Shown one piece after another: positions 10,121 to 19,208 of a stretch of DNA of 64,000 nucleotides. Under the pieces are notes generated by a model that did no database searches, was not told the origin of the DNA, and saw nothing but the letters and a program-made list of their open reading frames with translations. The number at the start of each line of letters is the position of its first letter. Position 1 is the first letter of the stretch. The stretch is taken from positions 13,117-77,116 of the forward strand of contig JANMKN010000008.1 in assembly GCA_031372065.1 (NCBI GenBank). The letters run 5' to 3'. A program made the translations under genes and the position numbers. The DNA is from Abditibacteriaceae bacterium (GTDB taxonomy: Bacteria > Armatimonadota > Abditibacteriia > Abditibacteriales > Abditibacteriaceae).

Positions 10121-10289
10121 ATATGAATACTCGCCTGATCAATGAATATCCCTAATGAATGGATACTCTGCACAGCCGTTTGACTGATATTATTATCAAA
10201 CGGATATGAATACTCGCCTGATTAATGAATATCCCTAATGAATAGCCCTCTGACTCATCGTTTTGGTTCTCTGACGCGCCGTTTGGCCT
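10121..10289. repeat. 40-bp direct repeat x2 (83-bp period) plus degenerate 21-bp units
   Basis: ATATGAATACTCGCCTGATYAATGAATATCCCTAATGAAT at 10121 and 10204; CTCTG...CGTTT units at 10166, 10248 and 10269. Confidence 0.85.
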
Positions 10290-10490
10290 ACGAAGCGCGA
10301 CCTTGAGTCACTTTTTGCCCGCAACGGAAACAGTCAAACACTGTGACAAATCCGACATTTACGCCCAAAAATAGCGTGTTCAAGATTGAACTTTACAAGA
10401 AACCGTTACAATGGTTTCTGAATTCAACCTCACACACTGTGCCTTTAGGTTTCACAAGCCGCACCAAACAAACCGATAGCCAGCGTTGGG

Positions 10491-11000
10491 TTAGTTCGAC
10501 TTACCTCTGTTATGTTTTCTTATTAACCGCTTTTGAAGAGTTACAAGGGTGCCATTTACCTTCGCCACAGCGTGAATATCAGCGCTACTAACATTTTTCA
10601 AATCTTTAACTTCGTAATCGTGCCATCCATGAGTTGATTGCTGTATTTGACTGTAAGCTATTCCTGGTGTATGTTGGAGAATCCCTTTTTTTCGATGGAA
10701 AATCGTAGTGCCAAAGGCGGTTCCACCGAAACTTCTTCCTGCATATGACCATTCCACGACATAATACGAGGCGTGTGGACAGCGCATTAGCATAGCTGAT
10801 ATAGCCTTTAGTGCATTCTTTTGACAAACGGCAGGCATCGCATAGTAGTCTTTATATTGGTTGCTACCAATATACGGCAGTTGTTCATATTCAGTATCTA
10901 AGCAGCGGTGTGAACGCAAGTCTTGAAAGCGCGTCGCCATAAAGAGAAAAGCGATGGCTAAAATGGAAACTGCAATTATTTTGCGTTCTGAACCTTTCAT
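10491..11000 (-). CDS. AT-rich hypothetical exported or membrane-anchored protein
   Basis: ATG 11000 followed by hydrophobic IIAVSILAIAFLFM; visibly lower GC than the flanks. Confidence 0.6.
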   Translation of the reverse strand: MKGSERKIIAVSILAIAFLFMATRFQDLRSHRCLDTEYEQLPYIGSNQYKDYYAMPAVCQKNALKAISAMLMRCPHASYYVVEWSYAGRSFGGTAFGTTIFHRKKGILQHTPGIAYSQIQQSTHGWHDYEVKDLKNVSSADIHAVAKVNGTLVTLQKRLIRKHNRGKSN

Positions 11001-11082
11001 ACTTCTATTATGCCCTGTGCCACCAAATGTAAACGGGCCTTTGCCAACTTGTTTAGATTTTAATATCTTGCCTCTGGACTGC

Positions 11083-11114
11083 AAAAAAGCGCGTGAGAAT
11101 TCTCACGCGCTTTT
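11083..11114 (-). terminator. Intrinsic terminator after the sugar-binding protein gene
   Basis: Perfect 30-bp palindrome AAAAGCGCGTGAGAATTCTCACGCGCTTTT with a T run on the minus strand. Confidence 0.85.
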
Positions 11115-11129
11115 GCCCGCATCTTACGA

Positions 11130-12176
11130 TTAAAAATCGTATTTATCAATGTTGTCTTTGGTGAAGATGAGAATGTCACCAAGCAAAATGTTGTCGCCAG
11201 CGATTTTCTTTTCGCCCAGCCGTCCGGCCTTGAAGGTGGTAGCGCCGCTTTTCAAATCGCCTTTGACGGCGGCGCGGGCGGCTTGAACGGTCAAATAACC
11301 GAGGTCGCCAGTGTTCCACAGCACCACCGATTTCACGGTGCCGCCTTTGACGTAGGCTTTCATGTCGTTGGGCGTCGAAAGGCCGGTCACGAAGACTTTG
11401 CCGTTCTTGCCGGCTTGTTTGACGGCTTCGGCGGCGCCGGGAAACGACACGCTGCTGACGCCCCAAATGCCTTTCAAATCGGGATAGGCTTTCATCAAAT
11501 CCTGTGCAGTAGAAAAAGCGAGCTTTTGGTCTTCATTCGAGGGCTTGGTGGCGATCAAAGTCATGCCCGGATACTTTTTCAAGCGCTCTTTCATGTATTT
11601 GATCCACTCGTTTTGGTTCGCAGCGGTCAATGTGGCCGTGATGATGGCAAATTTGCCCTTGGCGCCGCTATCTTTTGCCATCGTGTCCACTAAAGCGTTG
11701 CCGATTTGCTCGGCAGTGGCCTGATTGACAAACCAATCGCGCGAATCTTTATCGCCGTCGGCGTCCCACGTTATGACCTTGACGCCTTTTTCTTTGGCGG
11801 CTTTCATGGCGGGCGCTAAAACTTTGGGGTCGTTGGGCGAAACCGCGATGGCTTTGACGCCTTTGAGCGTCCATTTTTCGATCATCTCGGCGGCTTTTTC
11901 GGGCGAACCATCGGTCGGGCCGTCGTAAATCACTTCGACATCGCCCAGTTCTTTGGCGGCTTCTTCGGCGCCCTTATCGCAGGAGGTGAAATAGGCGATG
12001 CCCTTTTTCTTGGGCAACAGCGCGATGCTGATTTTTTCGCCACTGGACGCAGTGGAAGGTTCACCAGAAGGTGTTGAACTGCTGGCGGTTTCCGTTGAAG
12101 AACTGTTGTTGCAACCGGCCAAAGCCAAAAACAAAACGGCGGGGACAGCGGGAACGGCGCGCAAAATGAGGCGCAT
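11130..12176 (-). CDS. Sugar ABC transporter substrate-binding lipoprotein (RhaS/LsrB-like)
   Basis: Lipobox LAGC; LLPKKKGIAYF, VITWDAD, ANQNEW, VLWNTGDLGY motifs. Confidence 0.9.
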   Translation of the reverse strand: MRLILRAVPAVPAVLFLALAGCNNSSSTETASSSTPSGEPSTASSGEKISIALLPKKKGIAYFTSCDKGAEEAAKELGDVEVIYDGPTDGSPEKAAEMIEKWTLKGVKAIAVSPNDPKVLAPAMKAAKEKGVKVITWDADGDKDSRDWFVNQATAEQIGNALVDTMAKDSGAKGKFAIITATLTAANQNEWIKYMKERLKKYPGMTLIATKPSNEDQKLAFSTAQDLMKAYPDLKGIWGVSSVSFPGAAEAVKQAGKNGKVFVTGLSTPNDMKAYVKGGTVKSVVLWNTGDLGYLTVQAARAAVKGDLKSGATTFKAGRLGEKKIAGDNILLGDILIFTKDNIDKYDF

Positions 12177-12258
12177 AATTTCTCCTTGATTTAAACGAAT
12201 TGAATGGTTTCTTCAGGTTTGCGGTAGGCGTCGTATATTTTCAGTTTTTCGGACACAT

Positions 12259-12274
12259 TGCGCAACGTTTCGCA
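12259..12274. promoter_or_regulatory. Putative LacI-family operator upstream of the SBP gene
   Basis: TGCGCAACGTTTCGCA, 14/16 palindromic with central CG, in the amylase-SBP intergenic gap. Confidence 0.4.
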
Positions 12275-12281
12275 GATAATT

Positions 12282-14408
12282 TTACGGTGCGAGGCTGTGA
12301 GACGGAAGCAAAATCGCCGCAGATAAAGGCGCTAATTGCAGCGTCACTTTGTCCTCGCTTTTGATGATTTTCTGACTGAGCGCCTCAATAAAACCATTTT
12401 TGCGCGCTGTTTTGAATGCCGCGCTTGCTGGCAACACGATTTCCACAGTCTGAGGCGCATTTGAACGGTTCAAAGCGACAATTGCGGCGTCCGATTCCAA
12501 AGTGCGCGCATAGACAATGGTTTGCGTTTTATCATCGGCGCGCAGAATCGCAGGCTCACCCGCTTGCAAAGCGCGGCTGGAATTGCGAATTGCAATCAAC
12601 TGCTTGTAATAGCGCAGCATGGAATTGTCCGGCGTGGCTTTTTCCCATTGCATTCCGCGCCGATTGTCGGGGTCGCCGCCACCTTGCATTCCTAACTCTT
12701 CGCCATAATAAATCGAAGGCGCGCCGACCCAAGTGAATTGAACTGTCGCCGCCAATTGATGCAACTTTGTGTCGTTTTCACACAAAGTCAGAAAACGCGG
12801 CGTATCGTGGCTCGAAAGCAGATTCATCATGTTGCGCGACACTTGCGGCAAATAGCTTCGGTGAATTTGCATCAAGCGTTGCGTGAACTGCGAAGGAGTC
12901 GTTTTTCCGTCAGCGAAAAAACCGACGCACGCTTCGCGGAATTGGTAATTCATGACGGAATCCCATTGGTCGCCGCCCAGCCACGGCGAGCCATCGCCCC
13001 ACACTTCGCCGACAATCCACATTTGAGAATCGAGACTTTTCACGCGCTCGCGCAGCGCGCGCCAAAAGCGCCTATCCACTTCATTTGCCACGTCCAATCG
13101 CAAGCCCGCCAGCGGCACTTGGCCTTTCCAGTAATTCACCAAATCGAGCATATAATCGCGTGTTGCCGGATTCATCAAATTCAATTTCGGCATGGCACGA
13201 TAGTTATTCCACGCTACATAATTGGGATTTTGTTCGATGCGAAGGGGATACGATTTGATGAAATACCAATCTTTAAAAGTTGAGTTTTCGCCCTTCTGTC
13301 GAATATCCATAAAAGCCGAAAAGGTTGTCGCTGTATGATTGAAAACAAAATCCATCACGGTGCGAATATTTTGCTGTTTTAAATCCTTAGTCAGCGTCGA
13401 AAACTCCGCATTGGTGCCAAATTCGGGGTCAATTGTTTTGTAATCGGCAGCATCGTAACGATGATTGGAAGGCGACTTAAAAACCGGATTAAAATAAACG
13501 GACGAAACGCCTAAATCTTTTATGTAAGCCAAGTGCTGCCGCACTCCAGCGATGTCGCCCCCAAAACGACTAAAACCATTTGGCGCGCTGTCCCATGCTT
13601 GCACGTTTTGCGGGTCGTTGGTCTTGTCGCCGTTTGCAAAGCGGTCAGGAAAAATCTGATAGAAAACTGTTTTTTCTACCCAACTCGGCACATGGTAAGG
13701 CTTGAAACTTTTGGCGATAAATTGAAACGGTTTCGCGCCCCATAAAATCTTCTTCGGGCCGTCCTGCAATTCAAAATGGTAAGCCAAATCGTGCAACGGA
13801 TTCGTCGCGATTTCGGCTTGATAAACAGCATATAGATCGTCGCTTTTGACTTGATTCATCGCATAACGCCGACCTTGCGCCACCAGCGTTATCTGCCGCA
13901 AATCACTGGGCCGCGCCCGCAGCGACACGATGAGTTTGCCGCGATCATAATTGAGAAAGGGGACGCGACTTTCATGTAACAGCGCGCTATAGGCCGTTTT
14001 GCCATCGTTTGGGCTGGCAGGAATTTCGTAATCGGGCGGTGCTATCAGCAAAACCGAATTGCGGTGTCCTTCGCCATCGTCTTCTTGATTTTTCGCAGCC
14101 GGGTCAACAATCCATTCCGCATCGTCCAGCACGAATTTATAAAGATACTTGCCGTAACTCAACGGCACGGTTAGACGCCAAGTGCGGCCATCGGCATCAG
14201 CTTTTAAGGTATTCGCGTTTTTGTTCCACCCGTTGAAAGTTCCGGCAACGGCGACGGATTTCAACGGCTTATCGGCCTTAAAAATGAAGATGTAAGGCGC
14301 GACAACGGGAGGCGTTTCTTGCGCTGTGACAGGCCAAACTAACGCCAGAAAACATAAGAGGAATTTCAATAGCGACCAACTTTTACCGTTTCGCAAAACC
14401 GCCATCAT
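12282..14408 (-). CDS. GH13 cyclomaltodextrinase/neopullulanase-like enzyme with N-terminal CBM48
   Basis: FYQIFPDRF, DFVFNH, GLRLDVANE, GEVW, SSHD catalytic regions; VAGTFNGW CBM48 motif; signal peptide. Confidence 0.92.
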   Translation of the reverse strand: MMAVLRNGKSWSLLKFLLCFLALVWPVTAQETPPVVAPYIFIFKADKPLKSVAVAGTFNGWNKNANTLKADADGRTWRLTVPLSYGKYLYKFVLDDAEWIVDPAAKNQEDDGEGHRNSVLLIAPPDYEIPASPNDGKTAYSALLHESRVPFLNYDRGKLIVSLRARPSDLRQITLVAQGRRYAMNQVKSDDLYAVYQAEIATNPLHDLAYHFELQDGPKKILWGAKPFQFIAKSFKPYHVPSWVEKTVFYQIFPDRFANGDKTNDPQNVQAWDSAPNGFSRFGGDIAGVRQHLAYIKDLGVSSVYFNPVFKSPSNHRYDAADYKTIDPEFGTNAEFSTLTKDLKQQNIRTVMDFVFNHTATTFSAFMDIRQKGENSTFKDWYFIKSYPLRIEQNPNYVAWNNYRAMPKLNLMNPATRDYMLDLVNYWKGQVPLAGLRLDVANEVDRRFWRALRERVKSLDSQMWIVGEVWGDGSPWLGGDQWDSVMNYQFREACVGFFADGKTTPSQFTQRLMQIHRSYLPQVSRNMMNLLSSHDTPRFLTLCENDTKLHQLAATVQFTWVGAPSIYYGEELGMQGGGDPDNRRGMQWEKATPDNSMLRYYKQLIAIRNSSRALQAGEPAILRADDKTQTIVYARTLESDAAIVALNRSNAPQTVEIVLPASAAFKTARKNGFIEALSQKIIKSEDKVTLQLAPLSAAILLPSHSLAP

Positions 14409-15361
14409 TTTTCCTCGCCAAGTAAGCGGTGCAGCAGCACCGACAAAATCAACAGCGAACCAAGAACTACAAAATTCAATTCATCGCGCGACCAATGCCA
14501 ACTGACAAATTCGCGCGTTTCGTGAATGAGCAAAAGGCCAAGAATCGTGCCCCAAACGTGGCCGCGCCCACCGAAAATGCTGGTGCCGCCTAAAACAACA
14601 GCAGTTATCGCGTCCAGTTCGATGCCTGTGCCAATATCGGCTTTGGCCGTGTTGCGTCGCGCCACATACAAAATGGCCGCGATGCTGGCCGCGAGGCCCG
14701 ACAAGGCATACAATTGCAGTTTCAAGCGGTCAACCGGTAAGGCCGAAAAGCGCGCGCCCGTTTCATTGAATCCGATAGCGCGTAGCCAGACGCCGCCCGG
14801 CTTGCGATCCAAAAAATAAATCGCCGCAATCGCCGCGATGAAAAAACAAAGCGGCGCCGTGATGCCGCCAAAAATATGGCGAAAATTATCGGGAAATCCC
14901 GAAATCGGGCGTGCCTGACTGACTCCTTCCGCGATACCTTTAAATGCCGCCAACGTCGCCAGCGTCACCAGCAAAGGATGCACGCGCACGCGCGCCACAA
15001 ACCAACCGTTTAAAGTGCCCGCTGCAAGGCCGCAAAGCACAGCCAAAACCACACCGATAAAAGGCGAAATGCCTTTTTCAAAAGTGAGTCCCAGAACCAC
15101 AGCACTTAGCGCCATGATGGAGCCAACCGAAAGATCAATGCCGCCGGTCAGAATAATCAGCGTCATCGGCACCGCTAAAAGTGCCAGTTGCCACAGGTTA
15201 TCCAACAATGAAATTTGCGCCGACGGTTTGAGAAATTCCGGGTCAGTTATATTCGCGTAAATCAAAAGCGCCGCCAACAAAAACAAGAGCGCCGTTTCGT
15301 GACGCAGAAACTTTTTGTAGTCGACTTTGGGCTTGCTTCCTAAGATGTTTTCGTTGTTCAC
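14405..15361 (-). CDS. Sugar ABC transporter permease
   Basis: GGIDLSVGS, ELDAITAVVLGGTSIFGGRG. Confidence 0.93.
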   Translation of the reverse strand: MNNENILGSKPKVDYKKFLRHETALLFLLAALLIYANITDPEFLKPSAQISLLDNLWQLALLAVPMTLIILTGGIDLSVGSIMALSAVVLGLTFEKGISPFIGVVLAVLCGLAAGTLNGWFVARVRVHPLLVTLATLAAFKGIAEGVSQARPISGFPDNFRHIFGGITAPLCFFIAAIAAIYFLDRKPGGVWLRAIGFNETGARFSALPVDRLKLQLYALSGLAASIAAILYVARRNTAKADIGTGIELDAITAVVLGGTSIFGGRGHVWGTILGLLLIHETREFVSWHWSRDELNFVVLGSLLILSVLLHRLLGEEK

Positions 15362-16317
15362 GAATGCTCCCCGCGTCGCGCCAGATGATCAGCCAAAACA
15401 GCCAGTAAAATAAAGCCGCCTTGAATGGCGCGCTCCCAATATGTCACGGCATCGCCGAGTTTCAAAAAAATCAGCGCCGTGCCGATCATGCCGAGCAGTA
15501 AAGCCGCCAAAAGAGAACCGATAATTGTGCCGCGCCCGCCTTTCAAAGCCGCGCCGCCGACTACAACCGCCGTAACGACTTTCAATTCGTAGCCTTGTCC
15601 AACGCTGTTTTCAATCACATCCAAAACCGGCACGCTCACCAAAGCCGCCAACGCCGTCAAAAATCCAGTAAAGGTAAAGGCAAACAACTTCAAGCCATTA
15701 ACCGAAAGCCCGGCCAAAGTCGCCGCATGCGGATTGCTGCCCGCCGCATAAATGCGCCGTCCGAGCGGCGTTTGCGTTGCCAAAACAGCGCAAAAAATGA
15801 GAACCAACGCGGTGATCAAAAGTGGGACGGGAATGCCCAAAATATGGCCTGTCCCCAAAAAACGCAAGCCCGGTGGCAGATTTTTGATGGTATCGCCGCC
15901 CATGATCATCACCATCACGCCATGCAGCGCCGTTAGCATTCCCAACGTGGTGATAATCGAAGGCACCCTGCCCCACACCACGAGCGCACCGTTAATAAAA
16001 CCAACCAGCGCGCCCAAACCCAGCGCGGCAGCTACGGCGAAAATAACCGGTTGGCCCATGCGTTCGGGCGAGGCCACAATTCCCATCGTGACGGCGCACA
16101 GGCCATAAAGCGAACCAACGGAAATATCAATTTCGCCCAGCAAAATCACGAACGTCAGGCCGCACGCCATGATGACAAACGGCACGACGTTGAACAAAAT
16201 GCTGCCCAAATTTTCGCCGCTAACAAAAGCCGGATTGATGAGCGCCACGCCAAGAACCGACAGCCCCAGCAAGAGCGCGACGGCGTATTCGCGTTGTTGA
16301 AAAAGACGTTGAATCAT
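15358..16317 (-). CDS. Sugar ABC transporter permease
   Basis: GEIDISVGS, GRRIYAAGSN, ELKVVTAVVVGG. Confidence 0.93.
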   Translation of the reverse strand: MIQRLFQQREYAVALLLGLSVLGVALINPAFVSGENLGSILFNVVPFVIMACGLTFVILLGEIDISVGSLYGLCAVTMGIVASPERMGQPVIFAVAAALGLGALVGFINGALVVWGRVPSIITTLGMLTALHGVMVMIMGGDTIKNLPPGLRFLGTGHILGIPVPLLITALVLIFCAVLATQTPLGRRIYAAGSNPHAATLAGLSVNGLKLFAFTFTGFLTALAALVSVPVLDVIENSVGQGYELKVVTAVVVGGAALKGGRGTIIGSLLAALLLGMIGTALIFLKLGDAVTYWERAIQGGFILLAVLADHLARRGEHS

Positions 16318-16345
16318 AGAAAAATCACGGTGAATGAATTCGCCG

Positions 16346-17827
16346 CTATTTTGCGGGCAAAGCTAACTCTAAAATTTTCTCCGGCGTAGCGGCGGCGCGC
16401 AAAAGTTCGCCGGAAATTTCGCCTTCGCGCATCACCAAAATGCGGTCGCAGAGCGCCAAAACTTCGGGCAAGTCGGACGAAATCACCAGCGTGGCTAAAC
16501 CGCCGCTGGCCAGTTCGCGAATCAGGCGATAAACCTCGGCCCGCGCGCCGACATCCACGCCGCGCGTTGGCTCGTCTAAAATCAAAAGTTTCGGCTCGGT
16601 TGCCAGCCATTTGCCCAGCACCAATTTTTGCTGGTTGCCGCCTGATAATGATTGCGCCGCGATGTTTGGCCCCGCCGCTTTAACCGCTAAATCGGCCATT
16701 AATTTTTGAATGAGAGCCTTTTCCTTGGCACGGTCACGGCCCGCCGCGTTGGAGAGATTTTTCAAAACCGCAAGCGAGATATTTTCACCGACGCTCATCG
16801 GCAAAACCAAACCTTGATGCTGCCTGTCTTCGGGCACAAGCGCCACGCCGCGCTCTGCCGCGACGCGCACATTATTTTTCGGCAAGTTTTCGCCGCCGAT
16901 TTTTACCGTTCCAATTTGATAATCGTCCACACCAAAAATCGCCCGCGCCACTTCGCTGCGTCCGGCTCCGACAAGGCCCGCCAAACCAACGATTTCGCCG
17001 GCGCGCACTTGGAAATTGATATTATGAAAGCCGCCACCGTGCAAATTATTCACTTGCAAAACTGGCTCGCCGCTGCCTGCGCGTGATTGGTATTCTTCGG
17101 TCACATCGCGGCCCACCATCAGGCGAATTAATTCGGCTTTGTCCACTTCCTTGATGTTTTTGGTGGCGACGTGGGCGCCATCGCGAAAAACAGTCACGCG
17201 GTCGGCCAAAGCGAAAATTTCATCTAAGCGATGGCTGACATAAAGCAGCGCCACGCCTTCGCTTTGCAGCTTGCGCAAAGTTGTAAAGAGCGCCTGACAT
17301 TCGCGCTGCGAAAGCGAGGCGGTTGGCTCGTCTAAAACCAGAAGTTTGCTTTTTTGCAGCAGGGCGCGCGCGAAGCCGACCATTTGGCGCCGCGCCACGC
17401 TCAGTTCGCCCACCGGCTGACGCGTATCGAAGTTTTCGCCGAGTTGCGAGAGAAGTGCGCGCGTTTCGTTGCGCATTTGCGCGCGATTAATAAGCAATCC
17501 ACCAGCGCGGCGCGGTTCGCGGCCCACGAAAATATTGTCTTCCGCGCCAAGGTCGCCAAAGGCGGTTGATTCCTGATGAATTACGCCAATGCCCGCCGCT
17601 TCACTGGCCGGAACGCCGGGCAAAAGCGGCTTACCTTCGACCAAAATTCGCCCATTTGTCGGCGCGTGCGCGCCGCCGAGACATTTAATTAAGGTTGATT
17701 TCCCCGCGCCGTTTTCGCCAACAAGCGCGTGAATTTCGCCCGGTAAAATATCGAAGCTAACGCCGCGCAACGCCTGCACGCCGCCAAATGTTTTGGTCAG
17801 ATTTTCAATTTGAACTAAAGGCGTCAT
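16346..17827 (-). CDS. Sugar ABC transporter ATP-binding protein (two NBDs)
   Basis: GENGAGKST, LDEPT, LSGGNQQK; ATG 17827 overlaps the upstream stop (ATGA). Confidence 0.95.
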   Translation of the reverse strand: MTPLVQIENLTKTFGGVQALRGVSFDILPGEIHALVGENGAGKSTLIKCLGGAHAPTNGRILVEGKPLLPGVPASEAAGIGVIHQESTAFGDLGAEDNIFVGREPRRAGGLLINRAQMRNETRALLSQLGENFDTRQPVGELSVARRQMVGFARALLQKSKLLVLDEPTASLSQRECQALFTTLRKLQSEGVALLYVSHRLDEIFALADRVTVFRDGAHVATKNIKEVDKAELIRLMVGRDVTEEYQSRAGSGEPVLQVNNLHGGGFHNINFQVRAGEIVGLAGLVGAGRSEVARAIFGVDDYQIGTVKIGGENLPKNNVRVAAERGVALVPEDRQHQGLVLPMSVGENISLAVLKNLSNAAGRDRAKEKALIQKLMADLAVKAAGPNIAAQSLSGGNQQKLVLGKWLATEPKLLILDEPTRGVDVGARAEVYRLIRELASGGLATLVISSDLPEVLALCDRILVMREGEISGELLRAAATPEKILELALPAK

Positions 17828-19200
17828 GTGTTGTGAGAATAAGGCCACCAAGCGTGCAGCGGCACGACGAGGCCAAACAAAACGGCCAGACAAACAAAAG
17901 TGAAAGTGAGCATAACGTGACCGGCCTCAAATTGCCACCCGTGCGGCCAATCGTCATGATCAAAATAGAAGAAATCCGTCACGACCCGCGCCGCCCACAA
18001 CGCGCCGATGAAAAGCGAAAGTCCAACCGCCGCGCGCTCGCCGCGAAATAATTCGGCGTGCAAAAAGCCCGTCAACAAGCCAAAGGAAACAATCACGCCG
18101 ACAATAAACGCGCCATACGTCCAGAAAATCTTGCGGTTAAAACGCGATAAAACCGCGAAATCCTCGTGCCAATGGAGTTGTTTGGGCACATTATAACTGG
18201 CGATCAAAATGCAAAAATGTGCCGCGCAGCCAAGCCACAACGCGCCCTGCAAATACCAATCGAACGAACGCTGATGCAGAATCCCGTGCAGCCAAAACGC
18301 GAGGGGCAAAATGAGTTTTTCACGAAACGGCGCATGAAACAAAATCGGCAGCGGCATTAAAACGAAAAGCCATGTTAAAGCGCGGTTTTTGATTTTGAAA
18401 TTCACCAAAACGCCGTGCAAAACAAAAAACAGCAGTGGCCCGCCCCAACCGGCGCCCGCCGGATACGACAGGCCCATTTCGTGCAAAATTCCCGAAATGA
18501 TGAACACGCCAAACAATGCGCCGCGTGAACCAAACTTTTGATGTAGTGGGCGCAGAAACAGAATTTTATCCATTTCAACGAACGCCAAATTCCAGCGCCG
18601 CGACCAAAAATCTGCCAGCGATTCGCTGGCAAGCGGCGCGCGAAACAAAGGCTTGGTTTCAAAACCAATTTGTCGCAATAGCCACGGCAAAACTTCGCCC
18701 AAACCAAAATGCACTGTCGCCAAAAGCGCGAAAATCAGCGCCCAACCGAGAAAAGTTTCATCTAAATCCAACGCGAACCAGCCGAGCGAAAGAAGGGCCG
18801 CGATTCCGACAACAAAAGTCGCCGCGCCACGAAAAAGCGCCTTGGCGCGCCATTCGTCATCGGCAGTAAATTCTTGCGGGCGTGGCACGCGCTTTTTGAA
18901 CGCGCCCATTTCCATACCGGGCCAAATCGAAAAATAAAGCAGCAAACCAAGGCGCGAAAACAACGATAAATCGTCAGGAGAACGGCGCAACGCCACGGCA
19001 CATTTGATGAGGCCCAGCATTAAAACCGTCGCTAAAACGAGGCGCTCAACCGGCGAAAACAGCGGCCCGACAAGAAGCAAAACCAGCAAAGAGAAGATCG
19101 GCAACCACGCCGAAATGGTGCGTCGCCACGCGCCGCGCACCATAAAAACGCAAAATAATCCTATTGTGTAAACGGCACACAAAATTAGCAGAGCGCGCAT
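17824..19200 (-). CDS. MBOAT (wax-synthase-like) acyltransferase with an extra C-terminal membrane domain
   Basis: PLASESLADFWSRRWN and FIISGILHE motifs, then about four further TM helices. Confidence 0.8.
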   Translation of the reverse strand: MRALLILCAVYTIGLFCVFMVRGAWRRTISAWLPIFSLLVLLLVGPLFSPVERLVLATVLMLGLIKCAVALRRSPDDLSLFSRLGLLLYFSIWPGMEMGAFKKRVPRPQEFTADDEWRAKALFRGAATFVVGIAALLSLGWFALDLDETFLGWALIFALLATVHFGLGEVLPWLLRQIGFETKPLFRAPLASESLADFWSRRWNLAFVEMDKILFLRPLHQKFGSRGALFGVFIISGILHEMGLSYPAGAGWGGPLLFFVLHGVLVNFKIKNRALTWLFVLMPLPILFHAPFREKLILPLAFWLHGILHQRSFDWYLQGALWLGCAAHFCILIASYNVPKQLHWHEDFAVLSRFNRKIFWTYGAFIVGVIVSFGLLTGFLHAELFRGERAAVGLSLFIGALWAARVVTDFFYFDHDDWPHGWQFEAGHVMLTFTFVCLAVLFGLVVPLHAWWPYSHNT

Positions 19201-19208
19201 GGCATAAT

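Noticed and set aside
10121..10243. Mini-CRISPR (40-bp repeat, 43-bp spacer)
   Set aside because: Only two copies, similarity continues into the spacer and the 3' flank, and there are no cas genes.
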